A stretch of 64,000 nt of DNA from a virus (Duplodnaviria; Heunggongvirae; Uroviricota; Caudoviricetes): positions 64,001 to 128,000 of the IMG/VR virus record IMGVR_UViG_3300012943_000028; one strand, given 5' to 3'. Positions within the stretch are counted from its first letter, which is position 1, and each line of letters starts with the position of its first letter. Positions 43,436-51,633 of this stretch are shown piece after piece. Under the pieces are notes generated by a model. That model made no database searches. It was not told where the DNA came from and saw only the letters and a program-made list of their open reading frames with translations. The position numbers and the translations under genes were made by a program.

Positions 43436-46396
43436 TTAGCTGGCCGTCTGACGACCAGTAATGAATGAGTTAGCCGTTGGAACCTGTCTCGATGGCTCAG
43501 AGCGCATGCGTGAAGCGACCTCATTCAGCGGTGCTTCATTACCTGCGGCGGCCATTGCTTGGAGCAGCTTCACCGCCTGGACCATGTTGTCGGCGATTGA
43601 GGACAGGTAGTCATGAGCCGTCATATCCTGAACGGTCATGCTCTTGTTTCCTGATTCATCGGAACTGGTGGTACCAGACAGGTTATTTACTGCTTCCTCG
43701 GTGGTTGACTGGCCTGGTTGAGTGACCGAAGGAGGACGAATTGCGGCAGGTTGAACTGATGCCGCCTCACGAGCGGCGCGAGCAGCTCTACCTCTGGCCA
43801 CTGCTTCCTGCATCGCCTTTTCTTCGGCGACCTGTCTTGCCTTCTCTTCGTCACCATGCAGCCAATCATAGAGACCGAGACCTATCTTGCTGCCAATGCC
43901 AGTCTTCTTCTCAATGAGGGTTCCTAGACCATATCCAGCAGCTCCAGCACCAAGAACACCTGCTGCCGTTCCAGCTGCACCAGTTGTCAGCGCACCAGCG
44001 CCACGAGCCAACATTCCACCGCCACGACCCAAAAGAGAACCGGCCCCGCTAAGAACGGCCCTGCCACCACGTGCAAGGGTTCCTGCTGCACCACCTAGAA
44101 CTCTGCCGCCGAGCCTCTTGGCGCCACCTAGGATGCTTCCGCCTCCCATTAGACCAAGAGAACGTGATGCCGAGAAGGCGCTGATGGTGAGGGCGGCAAG
44201 TGCGGCCGTGCCAGATGTGACGGCGGCAACGAATGAGTTGTTAAGCACCGAAGAAATTTGGTTGAAGATTTGGCTCAAGCCTGCAACGAAGGCTGAACCC
44301 TCGGCGGCCTTTCCAGACCTTGCGAGATCAGCGTCTGTTGCCACGGCACCAGAACGCTCACGACCATAGATCTTCATGCCAGCTTCGATCTGATCTTCAG
44401 CGCCTGTTGTCAAGCGCTCCCACAGGGCTTCAACGCCCTGCTGTGCGCCTGTTCCACCTGTCTCTTGAGCGTTGCGAATCTGCTGTTCACGAGCAACACC
44501 GATCTGACCGTAGATTTGCTGCAGCTGAGTTTGCTCTGCGGCGCTTGCCGTTCTGCCCTTGGCCCTGATACGCATTGCGGCCATCGCCTGCTCATCGCTA
44601 AGGCCTGCCTGCTTTGCTGCAACCATGGTCATTGCGCCTTCACGCATGCGCTGTACAACGCCCGCTCTTGCGGCGCGCTGCTGCGCCTTCAACAGATCGT
44701 TTGCGGCCTCAGTTGAACCAAGCATTACGGCATAGCGATCACGCTCAGCAACTAGGTCTCTCGAGTATGCAACTGCCTGCTGCTGGCTAAGACCAACGAG
44801 AGAGCCCTGAATGTCGGCCGAGCTGAGAAGCTGTGCGTTGAGGCGCATGTACTGCTCAGCAGTAACGTCGAGAACGCCACGAACTCTGCTGAACGACTTC
44901 ATTGAATCATCAATGAACGCATTGAGAGCATCGCCGTTGCGGATGTTGACACCTGCACCGATTGCGCTATCAACTGCCTCAGGAATGATCGCTGAGGCCT
45001 GCTTCATGTTGTAGCCGAAAGTGCGGAACGTTCCACCAAGCTGTGATGACAGCTTGCCAAAGCCATCACCGTAGATGGCCATCGTGTTCTTGTTCTCACG
45101 CATGAACTTGACAGTTTCTTCAAAGCTCATGCCGAGGCGCATGCTTGCTAGCTGAACACCAGCAAAGCTCGCCGGAATACCCTCAGTGTTGAACGACACC
45201 ATCTCCTGCCAGCCCTGCTTGATCGCCTCCTTGAACTTGGCGAAGTGGGCAGCTGCGGCGCCGGCTGCGAAGAGGTTCTTACCGAAATAGCGGAACAGAA
45301 CACCCATCTTCTCACCACGCGACTTAGCGTTATCAAGAGAGGTGTTAAGCCCCTTGATGCTGTAGATGGTCTTTGCAAATGGGCTGTTAGCGGCATTGGC
45401 AGTTGAGTCTGCGCTGCCTGAGAACTTTTTGTTCTGCTTCTGAATCTCAGCAAGGTTTTCAATGGCCTTAGCGAGCTTGGCCATATTGTCTTTAGAATGA
45501 AGCGCTTCGATCTCGGAATGATCGACCTTGCCATTCTTTATAATGCCCTCGCCTACGTCGTAGCCCATGTTTGCCATCTTGGCGATGGCCTCAATGGTCT
45601 TTTTCTTGACTGCCTGCTGGGTCTCGGTGTTGTCACTCAGCATCTTCTCAAGGGCTTCTTTCTCCAGTGATGCGAGATCGCCGAACGAACCAACGTTCAA
45701 GCCCTTGAGCGCCTCGTTAAGCACCACCTCAGTTTCACCAGCAACAAGACGCAGACCAGCGAAGGTGTTCTTGTTGAGACCGCCCTTCACGCTGTTTGTG
45801 GTTTCATCCCATGCACCAAGCGACTTAAGCAGCCCCTTGTTGAGAGAGCCTGCTGCCTTCTGCAGGTCGTTGATCATTTCCTGGTATTCGATGGAACCCT
45901 TCTCGATCTCCTGGCTACCAGCGATCATTGCAGCGCTCAGCATTGATGAGCTGCGTGCCTGCTTGCTGAGATCATTAGTGAGGCTCTTGACCGATGACGA
46001 GTAGTTTCTGAGGTACTCGATCTGATCTGGCACCGACTTGTGCGACATCTCTTCGACCTCACGCTCAAGAGCGCTGAAGGCGACAGATGAACTGCGCAGC
46101 GCTTTCTTGGCACGCGAGAGGGTGTCAACGTATTCTTGATTTGCAGTCTCAACTAGGGTGTTGGTGTCTTCCTGCTTTACAAGCTGCGTCTTCTGAGTTT
46201 TGGCAGCCTGCTCATAGATGTCAGCCAGATCGCCAGTGGCTTCTTCAAGGCGCTTAGTTTCCTTGGCAAGCTTGGCCTCGGCGGCGCTGATTGCCTTGTA
46301 ACCGCCTCTTGGCTTTGGTGCGCTCTTAGATGAGTCGGTCAGAAGGCGCCTGACAGCATCTAGAACTTCTTGGATTTGTTGATCACGCTCGGCCAT
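43436..46396 (-). CDS. tape measure-like protein
   Basis: 986 aa helical Ala/Gly-rich protein with hydrophobic Gly-rich C-terminal region; divergent from the gp26 gene. Confidence 0.7.
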   Translation of the reverse strand: MAERDQQIQEVLDAVRRLLTDSSKSAPKPRGGYKAISAAEAKLAKETKRLEEATGDLADIYEQAAKTQKTQLVKQEDTNTLVETANQEYVDTLSRAKKALRSSSVAFSALEREVEEMSHKSVPDQIEYLRNYSSSVKSLTNDLSKQARSSSMLSAAMIAGSQEIEKGSIEYQEMINDLQKAAGSLNKGLLKSLGAWDETTNSVKGGLNKNTFAGLRLVAGETEVVLNEALKGLNVGSFGDLASLEKEALEKMLSDNTETQQAVKKKTIEAIAKMANMGYDVGEGIIKNGKVDHSEIEALHSKDNMAKLAKAIENLAEIQKQNKKFSGSADSTANAANSPFAKTIYSIKGLNTSLDNAKSRGEKMGVLFRYFGKNLFAAGAAAAHFAKFKEAIKQGWQEMVSFNTEGIPASFAGVQLASMRLGMSFEETVKFMRENKNTMAIYGDGFGKLSSQLGGTFRTFGYNMKQASAIIPEAVDSAIGAGVNIRNGDALNAFIDDSMKSFSRVRGVLDVTAEQYMRLNAQLLSSADIQGSLVGLSQQQAVAYSRDLVAERDRYAVMLGSTEAANDLLKAQQRAARAGVVQRMREGAMTMVAAKQAGLSDEQAMAAMRIRAKGRTASAAEQTQLQQIYGQIGVAREQQIRNAQETGGTGAQQGVEALWERLTTGAEDQIEAGMKIYGRERSGAVATDADLARSGKAAEGSAFVAGLSQIFNQISSVLNNSFVAAVTSGTAALAALTISAFSASRSLGLMGGGSILGGAKRLGGRVLGGAAGTLARGGRAVLSGAGSLLGRGGGMLARGAGALTTGAAGTAAGVLGAGAAGYGLGTLIEKKTGIGSKIGLGLYDWLHGDEEKARQVAEEKAMQEAVARGRAARAAREAASVQPAAIRPPSVTQPGQSTTEEAVNNLSGTTSSDESGNKSMTVQDMTAHDYLSSIADNMVQAVKLLQAMAAAGNEAPLNEVASRMRSEPSRQVPTANSFITGRQTAS

Positions 46397-46423
46397 GTGT
46401 CCCCGGGAAGGTATCTCCGATCG

Positions 46424-46448
46424 CTAAATAAGCGATAGGCATATTTAT
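46424..46448. promoter_or_regulatory. pair of late promoters for the divergent genes (CTAAATA plus 46424-46430; ATAAATA minus 46442-46448)
   Basis: NTAAATA on both strands between the tape measure and gp26 genes. Confidence 0.6.
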
Positions 46449-46489
46449 CCAACCTGCCGACATACCCAGAACACATACAGGAGAATCGG

Positions 46490-47287
46490 ATGTCCCAGAC
46501 ACCAAACCCACTCCTTGAAGGGCTAAAGCTACCGGGACGCGTGTTCCAGCTGCCTTCGAGGGGACTTTTCTACCGGAATGGAGAGCTGGCTGACAACATC
46601 TCTAACGGCGAAATTCACGTCCGCCCGATGTCAGCCCTCGATGAGATCAACATGAAGAACCCTGATCAGCTGTTCAGTGGTGCTGCAATCAACACAGTCT
46701 TCAGCCGCTGCGTCGACGGGGTGCTTAAGCCATCCGAACTTCTGTCAAAGGACGTAGACGCCATCATGATGATGCTGCGCACGGTCACGTACGGACCTTC
46801 GTACGAGTTTGTGGCAAAGCACACGTGCGCTGAGGCCAAGGACCACAACTACACATCGAACATTGACAACCTGATCAATGCGATGAAGCTGCTTGACCCA
46901 ACGACGATCAACAGCGTCTACTCAGTAGATGTGGTGGTGGCTGATCGAACCTACAACGTGAGACTGCGCCCTAACAAGTACCAGCAGGTCATCGACCTGA
47001 TCAGGGAAAATGAGAACAAGCAGGAAGTGACGGTTGAGGATCAGCAGAAGAACCTCGTCATGCTTCTTCTAGGCGTGATTGAGTCGGTCAACGGTCTGAA
47101 CGACCGTGAGATGATCAAGGAATGGATCAGCGCAATTCCAACGACCGCAGTTGGTAAGATCGCTGCAAAGCTTGAGAACGTGAACAGCTGGGGTTCAGAC
47201 CTACTCGCGCCGCTGGTCTGCCGTGACTGCGGTGAAAAGTTCAGCGTAGAAATTCCAATCAACCCGGTGTCTTTCTTCACCGAATGA
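46490..47287 (+). CDS. gp26: baseplate hub assembly protein gp26-like
   Basis: LPS.G.FY, V.PM.A.DE, D.DAI...R..TYG, C..CG....P...FF. Confidence 0.85.
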   Translation: MSQTPNPLLEGLKLPGRVFQLPSRGLFYRNGELADNISNGEIHVRPMSALDEINMKNPDQLFSGAAINTVFSRCVDGVLKPSELLSKDVDAIMMMLRTVTYGPSYEFVAKHTCAEAKDHNYTSNIDNLINAMKLLDPTTINSVYSVDVVVADRTYNVRLRPNKYQQVIDLIRENENKQEVTVEDQQKNLVMLLLGVIESVNGLNDREMIKEWISAIPTTAVGKIAAKLENVNSWGSDLLAPLVCRDCGEKFSVEIPINPVSFFTE

Positions 47288-47508
47288 TCATGGCTGGCGA
47301 CATGAAGGCGGTCGGCGCCTTCACCGTCAGAATGGGTTCAGAAGTTAGAGCGATCATCAAGTCAGCACAGGATATTTCCTACTTCTCAAGAGGCGCGTGG
47401 CCATACCACACGGTGCTACAGATGACGCAGGCGGAGAGAGAGATGGCAGTTGACTTCATCAACGAACGTCTCAAGATCGCCGCAAAGTCAATGTTCCCAG
47501 TCTACTGA
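47284..47508 (+). CDS. baseplate hub assembly chaperone gp51-like
   Basis: Small ORF coupled to gp26; 'Y...L.M...ERE...FI.E.L' pattern. Confidence 0.65.
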   Translation: MIMAGDMKAVGAFTVRMGSEVRAIIKSAQDISYFSRGAWPYHTVLQMTQAEREMAVDFINERLKIAAKSMFPVY

Positions 47509-47541
47509 TCGAGCCCGGAATTCAAACACTTTCAAGGGCAC

Positions 47542-48798
47542 CTAGTCAACAGAGACTCGAATAGATGTCTCTCGTGTAATGTGGTGGCTCAATTCTTCTG
47601 GAGCCAGATCGGTTTTCACACCGTCAATTCCATCATGGAGCATCAGTCCAGTCTTGCCTGATGCTTCCCAAATCTTGTAGCGTGCCTCGCGCTCCCACGA
47701 AAAGTACTGCCTGAAGATGTCCTTCTGGTTTTGCTTTGTCGGCCTCTTGCCGGCAAACAAACAAAGGTCTCGACGTGCTGCAGCGAATTGGCGGGCAACT
47801 ACGGATAGCCGGCCACCAACAACTAGCCGTTCAGATGGCGTCATGTCAGGGCAGGCCTCATGAACGAGGCGCACTGCCTCCGAACGACCAGAGCCGTTCG
47901 TCATCATCGTCGGTGAGATGTTTGAACCATTGGCCAAGGCCATGATGATCTTCTTCACCTTGTCAATGTTGTCATCTGACGGCTCAAGCCCGAGAGTTCT
48001 GCACAGCTCAAGGCGGAAGGCGGTCTTGTTTCTATTGGCGCGCAGCAGCTCGGGGTATTTCAGCTCGAGGCGGCGAGGATTGCTCGCATACTTCTTCTCG
48101 AGCCGCTGCACGACAAATTGAAGGTAGGCGTTGTCAATGTCGACGGACGCCCCAAACATCTCACGACGCAGCCAGCTTGGCCACATCTCGATGGAACGAA
48201 TGGGCCAGATGGACTTGTCCCTCGCCATGAGGGTGCCAGCTGGCTCAAAGTAAAAGGTGATTGGTGACTGCTGCTTACAGAGCCACTCCACTGGAGCGAT
48301 GAGATCGTCTCGACCAGTTCTCTTAAGCTCCGCAACAACCCATGTAGCCTTTCCTGGCTGCACGTGAACGCTGCTCATTGTAAGCTTCTTGCACGTCGGC
48401 GCCAGCCCAGGTTCAAACACCACGTCATCACTGATGGCGGCGATGGCGTGCCACATCTTACGGTTGAGGCGGCGTGGCGTGATGATGGATGGAGAGCGCT
48501 TGTTGCTGTCGAAGTAGTAGCCGACTCTCTTGACAGTAAAGAAGCGCTCAAGGATTACCTTAGCGTCCTTTACCTGGCGTGTGAGGTTCGTGATGAAGGT
48601 CTCACGCTCGACAAAGCCCTCAGCTCCAGGATGGTTCTTGACGATGCGGTACCAGGCAAGGGCGATAGAGATGATGAGGCCTTGGCGCTGCTTACGCTTG
48701 CGCCACCACATTCCCTTGAGGGCGAAGAAGTTGCCGACGTACAATGGGTTTGAACGATCAAGCTCTTTTTCAATGTTGACAGGGTAGAACGTCAGCAT
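47542..48798 (-). CDS. hypothetical protein with family A polymerase-like palm motifs
   Basis: SVDIDNAY (motif A-like), KVKKIIMALANG (motif B-like), LMLHDGI (motif C-like). Confidence 0.5.
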   Translation of the reverse strand: MLTFYPVNIEKELDRSNPLYVGNFFALKGMWWRKRKQRQGLIISIALAWYRIVKNHPGAEGFVERETFITNLTRQVKDAKVILERFFTVKRVGYYFDSNKRSPSIITPRRLNRKMWHAIAAISDDVVFEPGLAPTCKKLTMSSVHVQPGKATWVVAELKRTGRDDLIAPVEWLCKQQSPITFYFEPAGTLMARDKSIWPIRSIEMWPSWLRREMFGASVDIDNAYLQFVVQRLEKKYASNPRRLELKYPELLRANRNKTAFRLELCRTLGLEPSDDNIDKVKKIIMALANGSNISPTMMTNGSGRSEAVRLVHEACPDMTPSERLVVGGRLSVVARQFAAARRDLCLFAGKRPTKQNQKDIFRQYFSWEREARYKIWEASGKTGLMLHDGIDGVKTDLAPEELSHHITRETSIRVSVD

Positions 48799-49298
48799 GA
48801 ACGAGCGAGAGCCTCAGAGTAGCGAGGTTCTGCGAGACCAGTCCCATATGCCCACTCAAAGCCAGAGTAGACACGGTAGCCGTAGCTGCCGATCTCAAGG
48901 CCACCAAGCTCGAGGTCAATGCCGTCGAGGGTGTTCACCTCAGTACCACCGAGAAACGCGTGGGCATCATACAGCACGTGAGAGAAGTCGATGGTGCCGT
49001 ACTCACACAACTCTACCTTGAAAAAGTATGGGTGATGGTGAACTGACTTCACCACATCGTCGAAGCGAAAGCACGGACCGGCCGAGACATACTTTCCAGG
49101 CTTGATCTTTCGGTTCACCATGAGGTCGATAAAGCCCTGCTCTGCCGAACCAACGAGATACCCACCGTGGCACTTCTCAAGCGTGCCTGGAAAGGTGACG
49201 GCCTTTATGTGCTGGTGAACTACCCATGGGGTGTCCACGTATTTGTAGCCGAGCTTCTCGTAGAACTTGATAGCGTCGGCGATGCGTTGATAATTCAT
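48792..49298 (-). CDS. minimal class II aminoacyl-tRNA synthetase-like catalytic domain
   Basis: GY..VDTP (motif 1), GSAE, GPCFR...F.KVE (motif 2), EIGS, GTGLAEPR (motif 3). Confidence 0.75.
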   Translation of the reverse strand: MNYQRIADAIKFYEKLGYKYVDTPWVVHQHIKAVTFPGTLEKCHGGYLVGSAEQGFIDLMVNRKIKPGKYVSAGPCFRFDDVVKSVHHHPYFFKVELCEYGTIDFSHVLYDAHAFLGGTEVNTLDGIDLELGGLEIGSYGYRVYSGFEWAYGTGLAEPRYSEALARSC

Positions 49299-49546
49299 GT
49301 TCGTGGTTGGCGGGTGCCGTCTTTGAAGGCTCGTTCAGTTACCTCTTGCATCTTCAAGAGGTCTTCAAGCGTGAATCCCATTGTCTCTGCAACACCCTTT
49401 GCGGCGCCGATGATGTCGGCGAGCTCACAGGCTGCCATGATCCTGTTGCCCTGTGCTATGGCATCTTCTAGCTCTTCGAGCTCTTCACGAATCTTCGATG
49501 GTTTTCCGAACTCACCGCGTGGAATCTGCGCTAGGTGGTAGCCCAT
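49295..49546 (-). CDS. MazG-like NTP pyrophosphatase
   Basis: KIREELEELEDA...ELADIIG. Confidence 0.75.
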   Translation of the reverse strand: MGYHLAQIPRGEFGKPSKIREELEELEDAIAQGNRIMAACELADIIGAAKGVAETMGFTLEDLLKMQEVTERAFKDGTRQPRT

Positions 49547-50027
49547 GGTGTTTTGCCAATGCACGAATGTAGGTAATGAAGTCGTCGAAGTTGTCAACGA
49601 GCCCAATGGTCGCACGATCGCAGATGATCTCGACATTGCCCCTGCGCCAGAAGCCCTGAGGGCAACACACGATCGTGAGTGGCCTGGAGTTTCCCATCCC
49701 AGCGATGTAGCCAAGCTCCATCAACGTGATCGGAGACTTGGTGTTGGGATCGAAGTAGAATGCGGCGATGTCACAGGTGTAGATGAGATTGTCCAGTTCC
49801 CAGTTCACCTGCTCGGAGAAACGAGGATCCGACATGGACTGCTTGATGCTGCTGTCCCAGTCATCACGCCGGGGATTGAAGAACACCACGCTCTCGTTGA
49901 GACACGCGGCCTTTACCCGATCTTGCCAACGCTCGGCGGTGTCCATCTCAATGGAACCGCCGAGAAAAACCTTTGGCCAAGAGTTGTAGTGGCCATCGAC
50001 CTGGTTTGGGGGTTGGACTTCAATCAT
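49512..50027 (-). CDS. nucleoside 2-deoxyribosyltransferase-like (NDT/Rcl fold)
   Basis: VFLGGSI, WQ, NPRR..W, QV.WEL, SPITL.ELG, CP.GF.R.GNV. Confidence 0.85.
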   Translation of the reverse strand: MIEVQPPNQVDGHYNSWPKVFLGGSIEMDTAERWQDRVKAACLNESVVFFNPRRDDWDSSIKQSMSDPRFSEQVNWELDNLIYTCDIAAFYFDPNTKSPITLMELGYIAGMGNSRPLTIVCCPQGFWRRGNVEIICDRATIGLVDNFDDFITYIRALAKHHGLPPSADSTR

Positions 50028-50033
50028 GCCGCT

Positions 50034-50042
50034 ATTCTATCA
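50034..50042 (-). promoter_or_regulatory. extended -10 promoter TGnTAGAAT
   Basis: 6 nt upstream of the NDT-like ATG, so possibly leaderless. Confidence 0.45.
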
Positions 50043-50306
50043 TCAGGCCTTGCCGGCGAGAACTGCCTGTGGACCTGCCTTCTTCATGCGCAGGTAGACA
50101 CCACGTGGAGACATCGGGTCGATCACACGGGCATTGCGGGCAACGTGATGAACGATCTCTACGCCGCTTTCGTCGAACTTGCCGGTCTTGATCTCACGAT
50201 CACCCTGCTTGACCGTTCCGTAGCGGGTCCAAGGCTCCTTGATCAAGTCCTTCTTCACCATCTGACGGACCAACATGCGGAGGGCTTTGGCTTTCTTGAG
50301 GTTCAT
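50043..50306 (-). CDS. basic hypothetical protein
   Basis: MNLKKAKALR...RGVYLRMKK; TAAGGA RBS. Confidence 0.65.
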   Translation of the reverse strand: MNLKKAKALRMLVRQMVKKDLIKEPWTRYGTVKQGDREIKTGKFDESGVEIVHHVARNARVIDPMSPRGVYLRMKKAGPQAVLAGKA

Positions 50307-50877
50307 TTGTATTTTCCTTATTTTCGATTGGGGTACCATCGTACCAAAATTCTTTGAACTTGAGCATATCTTCAAGCAGCGCAATCCGAACACCATTTGG
50401 TTTTGTTGCATCATCTGCATAAACATGCATCATGCGACACACATCATTCGAGTATGGTAAGTTGATCCAGGCTGATGTTGCGCAGTAAATCGGGGTGTTG
50501 TTCCACTTGAAGATCAGGAGTGGCTGCTTACCTACCTTTGCAGAATCTTCTTCGGCTTCCCTCATCCACTTATAGATGTTGGCCTTACCGTTGAGAAGAG
50601 ATGGAAATGGATCGGGGGTTTTGTAGAACTTTGTTTCGATGCCCCACTTGAATTTCACACCCGCTTCACGCTCGTTCACAGGAACGACGTCGCCAACGAA
50701 CAACTTCAGTGCATCTGCACCGAACATCTGCCCGATAGTATCGAAGTTCTTGCCACCAACCCTGGCACCAGAACCCTGCGTTCTGATGAACTTCAACGGT
50801 GGTAGCGCAGCACCTAGAATCTTAGCAACAGTCGATTCGAAGCCGTTACCTTTCGCTTTACCGCCACCCGGTCTCAT
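50200..50877 (-). CDS. Holliday junction resolvase (PD-(D/E)XK)
   Basis: K.KG..FE..VA..L, F.RT..SGA..GG, GD, IETK.Y, PLLIFK.N. Confidence 0.85.
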   Translation of the reverse strand: MRPGGGKAKGNGFESTVAKILGAALPPLKFIRTQGSGARVGGKNFDTIGQMFGADALKLFVGDVVPVNEREAGVKFKWGIETKFYKTPDPFPSLLNGKANIYKWMREAEEDSAKVGKQPLLIFKWNNTPIYCATSAWINLPYSNDVCRMMHVYADDATKPNGVRIALLEDMLKFKEFWYDGTPIENKENTNEPQESQSPPHVGPSDGEEGLDQGALDPLRNGQAG

Positions 50878-51047
50878 TTTGGCTCCTTATCTAGAAGGGC
50901 GTTTTTGTGTTTACCAAACACAATGCACGCATCATTGATGAGTCGATTCTCATCAGTAGTAAGTCCATTATGATCGAGAGATTTGACTGGGCCGAATACT
51001 ATTTTCGCAGCCTCAGTCAAAAGCTCATTAAGCCTTTCATTTGTCAT
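50874..51047 (-). CDS. 57 aa hypothetical protein (not in ORF track)
   Basis: MTNERLNELLTEAAKIVFG...; ATGA coupling on both sides. Confidence 0.55.
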   Translation of the reverse strand: MTNERLNELLTEAAKIVFGPVKSLDHNGLTTDENRLINDACIVFGKHKNALLDKEPK

Positions 51048-51415
51048 GCAGCCATGTCCTTGGACAGAGCGCTGATACCGAGGAACGAAAACTCGGAAAC
51101 ATTGCCATCCTTGTCAATCTTACCAGTTCCCATTGGACGGAAGACGATCTCACCGGCGTCCATGAGCTGCTTCAGCGTCTCACCACCTGGTGTCTTGAGA
51201 ACCGTCATGTCACCGACGAGGTATCCATCTTCAACACGAAGGTTGTTGACAGCATGGGAAACCTCAAGGAGGTTGATCGGCTGCTTGAAATCACGATCGC
51301 CGATCGTTCCATGTATTGCGCCCTTCACGAGTGACACGGCTTCAGTCATTGCTGCGGTCGTGTAGACACGGCCGTTGCGGTTTTTCTCGTCGAGCTTTTG
51401 AATCAAAATCTTCAT
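51044..51415 (-). CDS. prohead protease paralog lacking catalytic residues
   Basis: NRNGRVY, VSH.V, L.TP.G, G.G retained; GELNHP->GTIGDR, VSSRG->FRPMG, DIV->SAL. Confidence 0.75.
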   Translation of the reverse strand: MKILIQKLDEKNRNGRVYTTAAMTEAVSLVKGAIHGTIGDRDFKQPINLLEVSHAVNNLRVEDGYLVGDMTVLKTPGGETLKQLMDAGEIVFRPMGTGKIDKDGNVSEFSFLGISALSKDMAA

Positions 51416-51633
51416 TGGTCCTCCGTCCAGCGCTTGCCGCACAACGTGCAGTCAAACTCTTTCCAGTAGCTGTCGGCAGATGGGTCGTAGTTGCCAGTGT
51501 TGGAGCGTGGTGTGATGCTCAACCCTTCCTTTGGGTGGGTGCACTCGGCCTGAACTGCAGCAAGTGCAGCGGTTGCATCTGCGATCATGCGCTTGGCATC
51601 ATCTGCTCGCTGCTTGATGGTTCTGTTGGTCAT
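51412..51633 (-). CDS. small Zn-ribbon protein
   Basis: ECTHP...YW...C.LCGK.W. Confidence 0.65.
   Translation of the reverse strand: MTNRTIKQRADDAKRMIADATAALAAVQAECTHPKEGLSITPRSNTGNYDPSADSYWKEFDCTLCGKRWTEDQ

Noticed and set aside
47270-47290. Possible programmed frameshift between gp26-like and gp51-like genes
   Set aside because: No XXXYYYZ slippery heptamer; a simple ATGA coupling is sufficient
49545-50357. 270 aa plus-strand ORF and many other antisense ORFs in the track
   Set aside because: Shadows of well-supported opposite-strand genes in GC-rich DNA; no RBS or recognisable motifs
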